A DNA stretch of 64,000 nucleotides, taken from NCBI GenBank assembly GCA_049585415.1, contig JBAUZT010000010.1, forward strand, positions 20,406 to 84,405, in the 5' to 3' direction. Below, piece after piece: positions 54,151 to 64,000 of this stretch. This DNA comes from Thermoplasmata archaeon (lineage in GTDB: Archaea; Thermoplasmatota; Thermoplasmata; Lutacidiplasmatales; UBA184). The notes under the pieces were generated by a model, which made no database searches, was not told the origin of the DNA, and saw only the letters and a program-made list of their open reading frames with translations. The position numbers and the translations under genes are program-made. How positions within the stretch are numbered: the first letter of the stretch is position 1; each line of letters starts with the position of its first letter.

Positions 54151-54252
54151 GGTCGCGCGGCCCGCACTCCCCCGACCGACCGGTGCGAGCAGGGTTGCGG
54201 TATATCACCGCTCGCCCGGGAAGGAAAGTCGTCCGTCCAGGGAACGGTGCGG

Positions 54253-55641
54253 TTACGAACGCTTGAGCGCCTGGACGAGCTTGCCGACGACCTGCTGGGC
54301 GTCCCCGTAGAGCATCCGGCAGTTGTCCTTGTAGAACAGGTCGTTCTCGACCCCGGCGAACCCCTTCCCCTGGCCGCGCTTGATTACGATGACGTTCTTC
54401 GCCTGGTCGACATCGAGGATCGGCATCCCCTGGAGCGGGCTGCCCTGTCGGCGGGCCGCCGGGTTCACCACGTCGTTCGCGCCGATCACGAGCACGACAT
54501 CCGTGGTGGCGAACTCCGGGTTGATCTCGTCCCGGTCGAACAGCTTGTCGTAGTTGATCCCGGCTTCCGCGAGCAGGACGTTCATGTGACCGGGCATCCG
54601 GCCCGCGACCGGGTGGATCGCGAACTTGACCGGGACCCCCCGGGCTTCCAGGAGGTCCGCGAGCTCCCTGACCTTCCCCTGTGCCTGGGCGACCGCCATT
54701 CCGTAGCCGGGGGCAATGATGACCTGGTTCGCGTAGGCCATCATCGTCGCGGCGTCGTCCGGCTCGATGGGCTTCATCGAGCCCTGCATCGTCACCCCGG
54801 TCTCCTCGGTCGCACCGAACGCCCCGAAGACGACGTTGGTGATCGAACGGTTCATCGCGCGGGCCATCAGGACGGTCAGGAGCGACCCCGCGGCCCCGAC
54901 CAGGACGCCGGCGATCACCATGGCGTAGCCGGCGTCGCCGAGGGGGCCATTGACGAGGGCAAATCCGTCGATCGCGACCGCGATCCCCGTGAGGGCGTTG
55001 AACATGCTGATCACCACGGGCATGTCGGCGCCCCCGATCGGCAGGGTGAGAAGGACCCCGTAGAGCAGGAGCAAGAGGAAGAACGGTAGGAGGAACAGGA
55101 CTTTGTCCGAGACGACCCCGAAGACCCCGAACCCGACCCCGACCACGAGCACGGCGATGTTGGTCGGTTGGCGCGCGGGGAGGACGATCGCCTTCTGGCG
55201 CATCCAGCCCTGGAGTTTCAGGAACGCGATGACGCTCCCCGCGATCGAGATCGACCCGATGACCGCACCCGCGATGCTCAAGGAGGAGTTGGTGACGTTG
55301 CTGAGCGACGAGAGCAGCTCGACGGCCGCGATCGCGGCGGCGGCGCCGCCGCCCATCCCGTTGAAGATGGCCACCATCTGCGGCATCGCGGTCATCTTCA
55401 CGACCCGCGCCCAGTACCATCCGATCCCGCTCCCGGCGATGACTCCCACCGCGATGAGGAGGAAGTTCGATATGCCCGGACTGAAGAACGTGGCGACCAC
55501 CGCGGCGAGCATCGCCGCGCCGGCGTAGAGGATCCCGCGGGCCGCCGTCTCGGGCGAGCTCATCGCCCTCAGCCCGAGGATGAACGCGATGACCGCGATG
55601 ACGTAGACCGCGTCGACGACGTCCCCGACCCACGCGGTCAC
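54253..55641 (-). CDS. pntB: NAD(P) transhydrogenase subunit beta
   Basis: TM N-terminal half plus dIII GYGMAVAQAQ...HPVAGRMPGHMNVLLAEA. Confidence 0.9.
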   Translation of the reverse strand: MTAWVGDVVDAVYVIAVIAFILGLRAMSSPETAARGILYAGAAMLAAVVATFFSPGISNFLLIAVGVIAGSGIGWYWARVVKMTAMPQMVAIFNGMGGGAAAAIAAVELLSSLSNVTNSSLSIAGAVIGSISIAGSVIAFLKLQGWMRQKAIVLPARQPTNIAVLVVGVGFGVFGVVSDKVLFLLPFFLLLLLYGVLLTLPIGGADMPVVISMFNALTGIAVAIDGFALVNGPLGDAGYAMVIAGVLVGAAGSLLTVLMARAMNRSITNVVFGAFGATEETGVTMQGSMKPIEPDDAATMMAYANQVIIAPGYGMAVAQAQGKVRELADLLEARGVPVKFAIHPVAGRMPGHMNVLLAEAGINYDKLFDRDEINPEFATTDVVLVIGANDVVNPAARRQGSPLQGMPILDVDQAKNVIVIKRGQGKGFAGVENDLFYKDNCRMLYGDAQQVVGKLVQALKRS

Positions 55642-55940
55642 GGAGGACCCTCCTTCTTCTTCGAACGGTCGAACATCGCGAGGATGCGCGCCGTGACCGC
55701 GTAGCCGCCCGTCACGTTCATCGCGCCCATGATCACGGCGACGAGACCGACCGCCTGTTCGAGCGGCGTCGTGGCGATCCCGAGGGCGACGATCGCTCCC
55801 ACGAGGACGATCCCGTGGATGAAGTTCGAACCGCTCATCAGCGGCGTGTGGAGGAGGGTCGGCACGCGCCCGATGACGACGTAGCCGGTGAACGCGGCCA
55901 GGATCGCGATGTAGAGCGCCGTCCAGAGGTCCGCGGCCAT
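55638..55940 (-). CDS. pntAB: NAD(P) transhydrogenase subunit alpha part 2
   Basis: 100-aa 3-TM protein, HTPLMSGSNFIHGIV. ATGA-type overlap with pntB. Confidence 0.85.
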   Translation of the reverse strand: MAADLWTALYIAILAAFTGYVVIGRVPTLLHTPLMSGSNFIHGIVLVGAIVALGIATTPLEQAVGLVAVIMGAMNVTGGYAVTARILAMFDRSKKKEGPP

Positions 55941-57080
55941 CTACTTCGCCCCCGCGAGGAGGTCCGCGGTCGGCTTGTGGGTCACCGTGCCGCCCGAGGT
56001 GAGGAGGCTCGCGGCGAGGATCTCGTCCGAGAACGACGGGACGAGGGCGCCGGTTTTATCGAGCAGGAGCCCGAGGAACGACTCGAGGTTCTTCGCGAAC
56101 ATCTGGCTCGCGTTGAACGGGATCTCGCTGGGAAGATTGAGGGGGCCGACGATCTGGACGCCGCCCACGTCGACCCGCTCGCCGGGTTTCGTGAGCTCGC
56201 AGTTCCCGCCGGTCTCGGCCGCGAGGTCGACGATCACCGCTCCGGGCCGCATCCGGCCGACCATCTCCTTTCGGACGAGCAGCGGAGCGCGTCGGCCGGG
56301 GATGTTCGCGGTCGTGATCACGATGTCCGCGTCGCCGACCGCCTTCGCGAGCATCTCCTGTTCCTGCTTCTTCTCGTCGTCGGTCAGCTCGCGGGCGTAG
56401 CCGCCGCTGCCCTCGGCGTTGATCTGGAGCTCGAGGAATTTCGCGCCCAGGCTCCGGACCTGCTCCCCCGCGGCGCGGCGCACGTCGTACGCTTCCACGA
56501 GCGCGCCGAGCCGCTTCGAGGTGGCGATCGCCATGAGGCCGGCGACGCCCGCACCGAGCACGAGCACCTTGGCTGGCCGGATCGTCCCGGCGGCGGTCGT
56601 GAGCATTGGGAGGAACTTCGGGCACAGGTCCGCGCCGACGAGCGCGGCGCGGTACCCCGCGACCGTCGCCTGCGAGGAGAGCACGTCCATGCTCTGGGCG
56701 CGGGTGATCCGGGGCAGGAGCTCGAGGGCGAACGCGGTGAGCTTCCCGTCGCGCATCTTCGCAACCCGGTCGAGGTTGCGGCTCGCGTTCATCAACGCGA
56801 CCACAACGGTCCCGGGTTTCATCCATGCGATCTCCTCGACCGTCGGCGGCTGCACCTTCAGCACGACCTGGGCGTTCCCGAGCAGAGCGGCGCGGTCGTT
56901 CTCGATCCGCGCGCCGGCGGTGACGTAGGCGGAGTCCAGGTACCGAGCGGCGCTCCCCGCGTTGGCCTCGATCACGACCTCGACCCCGGACTTGGTGAGC
57001 CGTTGGACGACGTCCGGAACGAGGGCCACGCGGGCCTCCCCCGGGGCGACCTCTTTCGGTACGGCGATCCGAACCGGCAT
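55941..57080 (-). CDS. pntAA: NAD(P) transhydrogenase subunit alpha part 1
   Basis: Alanine-dehydrogenase-like fold: MPVRIAVPKEVAPGEARVAL, VLVLGAGVAGL. Confidence 0.9.
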   Translation of the reverse strand: MPVRIAVPKEVAPGEARVALVPDVVQRLTKSGVEVVIEANAGSAARYLDSAYVTAGARIENDRAALLGNAQVVLKVQPPTVEEIAWMKPGTVVVALMNASRNLDRVAKMRDGKLTAFALELLPRITRAQSMDVLSSQATVAGYRAALVGADLCPKFLPMLTTAAGTIRPAKVLVLGAGVAGLMAIATSKRLGALVEAYDVRRAAGEQVRSLGAKFLELQINAEGSGGYARELTDDEKKQEQEMLAKAVGDADIVITTANIPGRRAPLLVRKEMVGRMRPGAVIVDLAAETGGNCELTKPGERVDVGGVQIVGPLNLPSEIPFNASQMFAKNLESFLGLLLDKTGALVPSFSDEILAASLLTSGGTVTHKPTADLLAGAK

Positions 57081-57231
57081 TGGAGTCGGCGACGGTCGAC
57101 TCGGGCGAGATTATACCCTTGATGCTTCGCCCGACGGAGCCGTCGGGGGCCACTCGCCCCGTAGGACCGAGCTACGGAGCCCCCCGACGGGCGGCGAAGC
57201 CTCATCTGGCCGTGCTCGGTCGCCGCGCCCG

Positions 57232-58065
57232 ATGCCCGAGCGCGCTCGCAGATCGGGCCCGGATGCTTGGGCGGACCGCATCGTGCAGGGGAACGCTCGG
57301 GACGTGCTCGATGCGCTTCCCCCGGAGAGCGTCCATCTCGCGATCACCTCCCCACCCTACAACCTGAAGATCGCCTACCGGGACTACACCGACGACCTCC
57401 CGCCCGAAGAGTACCTGCGCTGGCTTCGTGACGTGTGGCGCTCCCTCTACCGCGTTCTGGTTTCCGGAGGTCGGTTCGTCCTCAACGTCGCGCCGACGTC
57501 GATCAAGAACTTCCGACCGATCCACCACGACCTCTCGCGCGACCTGCGCGAGCTCGGCTACATCATGCGTACCGAGATCATCTGGTACAAGCAGACGATG
57601 GGCCGGCGGACGGCGTGGGGCTCCTGGCGGAGCCCCTCGAATCCTCACGTCATCCCGTCGTGGGAATATGTTCTCGTCTTCTCGAAGGGACAGTGGAACC
57701 TTCCCGGGGACCGCAGCCAGATCGACATCTCGAGCAAGGAGTTCGAGACGTTCTCCGACGGCTTCTGGAAGATCCCGCCGGAGCGCTCCCGCAAGGGACA
57801 TCCCGCGCCGTTCCCGGAGGAGCTGATCGAGCGCCTCGTCAAGTTCTACAGTTATCGGGGCAACGTCGTCCTCGATATGTTCGGCGGCACCGGCACGGTC
57901 GCCGCGGTCGCCCGACGGCTCGGCCGGCACTACGTGCACATCGATACTTCCGCGGAGTACTGTACGATCGCCGAGGATCGAGTGCGTCGGGCGGTTCCGC
58001 CGCGCGATGCCCCGATCCCCGCTCCCCCGCGCGGATCGTACGGGAGCGCGACGCCCCGTGACTGA
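57232..58065 (+). CDS. beta-class DNA (N4-cytosine/N6-adenine) methyltransferase, orphan
   Basis: ITSPPYN (motif IV) N-terminal to HPAPFPEEL and DMFGGTGT (motif I). ATG at 57232. Confidence 0.75.
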   Translation: MPERARRSGPDAWADRIVQGNARDVLDALPPESVHLAITSPPYNLKIAYRDYTDDLPPEEYLRWLRDVWRSLYRVLVSGGRFVLNVAPTSIKNFRPIHHDLSRDLRELGYIMRTEIIWYKQTMGRRTAWGSWRSPSNPHVIPSWEYVLVFSKGQWNLPGDRSQIDISSKEFETFSDGFWKIPPERSRKGHPAPFPEELIERLVKFYSYRGNVVLDMFGGTGTVAAVARRLGRHYVHIDTSAEYCTIAEDRVRRAVPPRDAPIPAPPRGSYGSATPRD

Positions 58066-59530
58066 GACGCCCCCGGATCGCCGATTCGCCGAGATCGGTT
58101 GGGTCGTGGCCGTCGGGTTCCTCCCGCTCCTCCTCGTGTTCACGACTCCGCTGCTCGAGTCGGAGTGGGCGGGTCTCATCCTTTTCTCGGGAGGGCTCGC
58201 CGGGTTCGCGCTCGCCTACTACTGGGGCCTGCACCGGGACCGTGCCTTCCTCACCGTGTGGGTGATGGTCGCCCTCTCGCTCGCCGTGCTCTCGACGCTC
58301 ACGGGGCGATGGAACGGGTTCACGGACGAACCGTACGCCACCCCGGCGTTCGCCAGCTTGTGGCCGAACCTCTACGGCACCGAGCTCCACCTCACGTACT
58401 ACCAGTACGGGACCGGTCCGATCTTCCTCTCGGACTCCTACGTCTACCTGCCGCTCCTTGCCTTCGTCCAGGTCCCGGGCCTCGACTACCGGTGGATCAC
58501 GATCGGAGCCTGGCTCCTCACCGTATGGTTCGTACGGAAGAGCGGAGCGGCGGTCGCCCTCTTCGCCGCACCGTGGGTCGCCATCCTCGCCGCGAGCGGC
58601 TTCAACGACTTTGTTCCGCTCGCGGCCCTCACCGCGACGTTCGTCGCTCTCGCGGGATGGCGTTCCCGAGTCGCCGAGGTCGTCTCTCTCGCGCTCAAGC
58701 AGTTCGCGAACGTCCTCGTCGTCGTCGTCCATCTTTGGCATCGCCGGTGGCGGGACGCGCTCCTCGCCGTGGCGGTCACCGGCGCCATCCTCGCCCCGTT
58801 CGCCTACCTCAGCCCGTCCGGGGTCTGGTGCCACGCCATCCTGGTCACGACGTACGGGCCATGCACCGGCTCGCAAGGGTTCACTTCGCCGTCGAGCTTG
58901 CTGAGCCACCTCAACTACTATCTGTGGCCGACGTGGATCCTCGCCGTCTTCGGCGCTCGGTACGTCGCGGGCCTGTTCGCGCCGGACGGTGCGCCGGTAC
59001 GGGCGGAGGCCGCGGACGCCGTGGCACGACTGCGCCCGCCACCGTCCGGTGAAGAGGTCCCTCCGCCGTTCGTCGTGCTCGCCGCTCCCTACGTCCAGGT
59101 CCGAGCCGCCGTCCGTGCGCTCCATCCGGAACTCTGGACGATCGCGAAGTACTGCACGGTCGGGGGAACCGGCATCGTCGTGAACCTCCTCGTCTTCTCC
59201 GCGGCTCGCGAAGTTCTCGGGCCGGCCGCGCTCCTCGCGCTCGTGGCGAGCACGGTCGCCTTCGGTGTAGCGACCGTGTGGAACTTCACCTGGAACTACC
59301 TCTGGACGTTCCAGGACCGCCACAGCCGGCCCCTCCTCCACCACGGTGTAGGCTTCGCCGGCGCGTCGCTGGCCGCGCTCTCGGTCAATCTCCTCGTGCT
59401 CTACGCCCTTCAGAGCTCGATCTCGGCGTTGCTCGCCCAGTTCCTGGGCATCCTCTCCGGCACGGCAATCGGTTTCGCCCTGAACCGCTGGCTCAATTTC
59501 TCCGCTCTGCGCTGGGTGGAGGCGCCCTAG
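58058..59530 (+). CDS. polytopic membrane domain fused to C-terminal GtrA-like domain
   Basis: GTG 58058 overlaps the methyltransferase stop by 8 nt. The C-terminal ~130 aa contain KYCTVGGTGIVVNLLVFS...NFTWNYLWTFQDR, typical of GtrA. Confidence 0.6.
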   Translation: MTETPPDRRFAEIGWVVAVGFLPLLLVFTTPLLESEWAGLILFSGGLAGFALAYYWGLHRDRAFLTVWVMVALSLAVLSTLTGRWNGFTDEPYATPAFASLWPNLYGTELHLTYYQYGTGPIFLSDSYVYLPLLAFVQVPGLDYRWITIGAWLLTVWFVRKSGAAVALFAAPWVAILAASGFNDFVPLAALTATFVALAGWRSRVAEVVSLALKQFANVLVVVVHLWHRRWRDALLAVAVTGAILAPFAYLSPSGVWCHAILVTTYGPCTGSQGFTSPSSLLSHLNYYLWPTWILAVFGARYVAGLFAPDGAPVRAEAADAVARLRPPPSGEEVPPPFVVLAAPYVQVRAAVRALHPELWTIAKYCTVGGTGIVVNLLVFSAAREVLGPAALLALVASTVAFGVATVWNFTWNYLWTFQDRHSRPLLHHGVGFAGASLAALSVNLLVLYALQSSISALLAQFLGILSGTAIGFALNRWLNFSALRWVEAP

Positions 59531-59542
59531 CGAGCACCCGCC

Positions 59543-60601
59543 TCAACCGGCCCGAACGGCCGACCCGGAATCCCGACGGTCCGACCGGGTCCGCTGGACC
59601 GCGCGCGCGAGTTCGGGGCTCACGAGGTACGTCGCCGCGTACGCCTCGATCCCCCACACATCCGGGGTCCATCGCCGCTCCTCGGGGTGGCGCGCCAGGA
59701 ACCGGGCGTACTCGGCGGCCCGCCCCGCGACCTCGCGCCGCTCGGCCCCGGCGCCGATCCGGTCCCGGAGCTCCTCCGAGCGTCGCTGTCGGTCGAAGTG
59801 GACTGCGGTCCGTTCGTAGTGTTCTGCGAACTCCGGACGTCCGAACTCTCGGGCCTCGACCGCGAATCCCCAGTTCGACTCGACAGCCCAGCGGAGCCAG
59901 CTCGTGTTCCGGGTGAGGTTCGTCGAGTGGACGCGGTGGCGGGTGAGACGGCGGTCGTCGAGATAGAGCCCATAGGGCGAGACGACCGCGTTGAGCAGGA
60001 GGCTCGAATCGGGGAGGCGCGTCGTGGAGAAGTGCTCGCCTCGCCGCCCGTCGAGGAGCTCCCGTCGGAACGCCATCGTGCTAGAGTTGAACGAGACGCG
60101 AGTCCGGTGAAAGAGCACGTCCACGAGGCCGCCCTTCGCCCCGGGAGTGAGCAGGAGGGGACCGTTCGAGTCGAAGTACGCGTCGCTCGCTCGCGGCGGC
60201 CAACTTTCGCGCGGAACCGGTCGATCGTCGGGGTCGACCAGTTCGATGCGGTTGCGGTAGAAGCCGACCTCGGGATGATCGTGAAAGACCTCGAGGACCC
60301 GCGCGAGGCGCTCCGGCATGTATCGATCGTCGTCGTCGAGGAACGTGACGAGCGGGGCCCGGGTCGCCCGGACGGCGGCGAGCAGCCAAGTGCCGATCCG
60401 CTCGGTCCCGTCGAGCAGCGTCGCGACCGCGTCGTGGGCGAGCGCCGAGTCGAGGGAGTCGTCGCGAAAGTTCTTGATCACGAGGGTCTCGACACGGTCC
60501 CGGGCCACGGTCTGGTCGAGCACCGAACGCACCGCATCGAGCACGTACGTCCCTCGCGAGTACGCTCCGACGATGACCGCGACCTCGGGCGGGGACGCCA
60601 T
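59543..60601 (-). CDS. GT2 glycosyltransferase
   Basis: VAVIVGAYSRGTYVLDAVRSVLDQT...VTFLDDDDRYMP. Confidence 0.75.
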   Translation of the reverse strand: MASPPEVAVIVGAYSRGTYVLDAVRSVLDQTVARDRVETLVIKNFRDDSLDSALAHDAVATLLDGTERIGTWLLAAVRATRAPLVTFLDDDDRYMPERLARVLEVFHDHPEVGFYRNRIELVDPDDRPVPRESWPPRASDAYFDSNGPLLLTPGAKGGLVDVLFHRTRVSFNSSTMAFRRELLDGRRGEHFSTTRLPDSSLLLNAVVSPYGLYLDDRRLTRHRVHSTNLTRNTSWLRWAVESNWGFAVEAREFGRPEFAEHYERTAVHFDRQRRSEELRDRIGAGAERREVAGRAAEYARFLARHPEERRWTPDVWGIEAYAATYLVSPELARAVQRTRSDRRDSGSAVRAG

Positions 60602-60608
60602 CGGCGCG

Positions 60609-61412
60609 TCATCCCCCGGCGGCCGTCGTCGGCGCGTCGAGCGTGCCGGACCGCGGCAGCGGCGGCGTCGAGAAGAGCCGCCGCTCGAGGGCCGTCGTCG
60701 CGTACTCGAGGAGCGGTTCGAGGTTCACCGTGTCGGCGCGGTTGTACCGCACGAGCCGGTCGAGCGCGGCCGAGCTCCCCCGTCGGTACTCCTGCCAGAG
60801 CCGCACCGCGTCGAGGCCGTGGACGCCCTCGACGCCCGTCCGGTCCCCGACGCCGAGCCGCTCCTCGATCCGCTTGAGACCGCCGGCGTGGCCGAGGCGA
60901 TAGAGCACGAAACGGAGGTCGATGTGGACCGGCGGAGCGACGAACTGGGGAAAGCACGCCTCGAGGAACGGCACGTCGAACCGGCTCCCGTTGAACGTGA
61001 CGAGGATCGGAAAGCGGCCGAGGTAGGCGGGGAGCTCTTCCAAGCTCTCGCCGGCGATGAACGTGCGGGTCGCTCCTCCGCCGTGGACCGTGACGACGGT
61101 CACGATCCCGCCGTAGGGCGAGAGCCCGGTCGTCTCGATGTCGAGGAACGCGATCCGCTCCCGGAACTCCGCGTGCATCCGCCAGTGCTCGCGTTCGGGA
61201 AGGCGACGGCCGAACCACGCGGCGTCGCCCTCGGCGAGCGCGCGCTCGCTTGCGGCGAGCTCGGAGGCGAGTCGGCGCTCGCGGGAGTCGGACATCCCGA
61301 GGGTCGAGAGCCGGTCGCGAAGCTCCGCCCAGTCCCGGATCCCTTCGCGCCAGAGCCCGGCCTCGGTGATCGGCCCCACGCCGGGGAGGTGCAAGAACGT
61401 CGCGCGCAGCAC
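60609..61412 (-). CDS. RNase H-like 3'-5' exonuclease-fold protein (YprB-like) with N-terminal HhH
   Basis: LPGVGPITEAGL, IAFLDIETTGLSP, LVTFNGSRFDVPFLE, YNRADT. Confidence 0.7.
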   Translation of the reverse strand: MLRATFLHLPGVGPITEAGLWREGIRDWAELRDRLSTLGMSDSRERRLASELAASERALAEGDAAWFGRRLPEREHWRMHAEFRERIAFLDIETTGLSPYGGIVTVVTVHGGGATRTFIAGESLEELPAYLGRFPILVTFNGSRFDVPFLEACFPQFVAPPVHIDLRFVLYRLGHAGGLKRIEERLGVGDRTGVEGVHGLDAVRLWQEYRRGSSAALDRLVRYNRADTVNLEPLLEYATTALERRLFSTPPLPRSGTLDAPTTAAGG

Positions 61413-61457
61413 GGCTCGGCCCGACGGGCCGGACCGTCTTAGGGTTGGCCGTCCGGT

Positions 61458-61760
61458 CTAGGGGCGAGGGTCGGCGGATTCGACCGGAAGGGGACCGAGC
61501 GGGGCGATGAGCGCCTTCACCGCGGCCCAGAATCGGGGGACGTCCGAGGCCGGAAGGCGCCGGTCGTAGTACGGCGCGCGGCACTCCGCCTCGAGGACCT
61601 CGGGGTCGTCGGTGTCCCAGACGAGACGGACCGTCCAGGCGTCGTGGTCCTCCTCGTAGGAGAAGACGCGCTTCCTCGGGTCGGTCGAGATCGGGTTCGG
61701 GGCGAGGATGTCGAGCGGAGGGTCGGGCGGGGGCGCCACCCCCGGGGTGAGCAGGAGCAT
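61458..61760 (-). CDS. hypothetical protein (start uncertain)
   Basis: ATG at 61758-61760. The longer track ORF would read through the rRNA terminator hairpin and T-tracts. Confidence 0.35.
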   Translation of the reverse strand: MLLLTPGVAPPPDPPLDILAPNPISTDPRKRVFSYEEDHDAWTVRLVWDTDDPEVLEAECRAPYYDRRLPASDVPRFWAAVKALIAPLGPLPVESADPRP

Positions 61761-61862
61761 CGGCGGCCGCTTCGGCAGCGTGAGGCGGATCCAGGCGACG
61801 ACGGGCCAGTGGCTCCGCGCGACCCCGAGGCTCGGCACGACCGTAGCACTCCGCGCGGGGCT

Positions 61863-61914
61863 AAAAAAAGACCGGCCGTGCGGCCCGGGGTTCGAAACCG
61901 ATTTTGAAAAAAAA
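61863..61914 (-). terminator. rRNA terminator region: T8, small hairpins, GC hairpin, T7 (minus-strand sense)
   Basis: Minus strand reads ...AACCTTTTTTTTCAAAATCGGTTTCGAACCCCGGGCCGCACGGCCGGTCTTTTTTTAG, about 40 nt after the inferred 23S 3' end. Confidence 0.6.
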
Positions 61915-61949
61915 GGTTTCACACGCGTTCTGCTTAACTGCCAAGCATA

Positions 61950-64000
<2,051 letters not shown>

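Noticed and set aside
50163-61412. Possible genomic island integrated at tRNA-Val.
   Set aside because: No integrase or recombinase is present, no direct repeat of the tRNA 3' end was seen, and there is no obvious compositional shift by eye. The block includes the housekeeping pnt operon.
61880-61900. GGGGTTCGAAACC looks like a tRNA T-arm.
   Set aside because: No acceptor, D or anticodon arms can be built around it. It is a short hairpin within the rRNA terminator region.
61761-61922. Longer version (154 aa) of the hypothetical ORF starting at 61922.
   Set aside because: It would be translated through the T8/hairpin/T7 terminator of the 23S gene. The internal ATG at 61760 was preferred, though the gene itself remains low confidence.

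Overview
High-GC archaeal chromosomal segment. The archaeal hallmarks are the PolD small subunit DP1, archaeal DnaG, ribosomal protein S8e, SRP19, a GPN-loop GTPase, pyruvoyl arginine decarboxylase, TATA-like boxes and oligo-T terminators. I support about 70 protein genes, 2 tRNAs (Pro-GGG, Val-GAC) and the 3' two-thirds of a 23S rRNA gene on the minus strand that runs off the right edge. No 5S gene follows the 23S. Most long ORFs in the six-frame track are Arg/Pro/Gly-rich alternate-frame artefacts of the GC content, and many track starts are over-extended. I re-set starts where a conserved N-terminus plus an ATG or GTG could be located in the sequence. Content from left to right: (1) housekeeping metabolism: purM, pyrC, korAB, moaDE, ADP-forming acetyl-CoA synthetase, an Mrp/NBP35 protein, pgk, mdh, panE and pntAA-AB-B; (2) translation and replication genes: S8e, SRP19, RrmJ, RNase HII, XPD, DP1 and DnaG; (3) many envelope and glycosylation genes: a MOP flippase, three large polytopic GT-C-like proteins, two GT2 enzymes, an epimerase, gmhA/hddA and a GtrA fusion; (4) the most unusual block, 22.5-35.3 kb, an aerobic respiratory locus. 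In that locus tatC, a tatB-like gene, Rieske, cytochrome b, CoxI, a compact heme A synthase, heme O synthase and three tiny membrane ORFs form one overlapped operon. It is flanked by tatA, an AbrB-PhoU protein, two membrane-anchored blue-copper proteins (one with a degenerate first copper site) and a CoxII gene split into a one-helix peptide plus the CuA subunit. Other points worth follow-up are listed here. Two essential enzymes (RNase HII, XPD) have catalytic N-terminal motifs upstream of any ATG/GTG/TTG. An hddA-gmhA-CBS/ParB operon is present. A small leaderless-looking protein ends in a ribosomal P-stalk-like tail. An 8-bp hairpin sequesters the S8e Shine-Dalgarno. A Lon-like AAA+ protein lacks a protease domain. 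No CRISPR array, transposase or integrase was seen by eye. All calls rest on motif recognition and hand translation only, with no searches or folding calculations.
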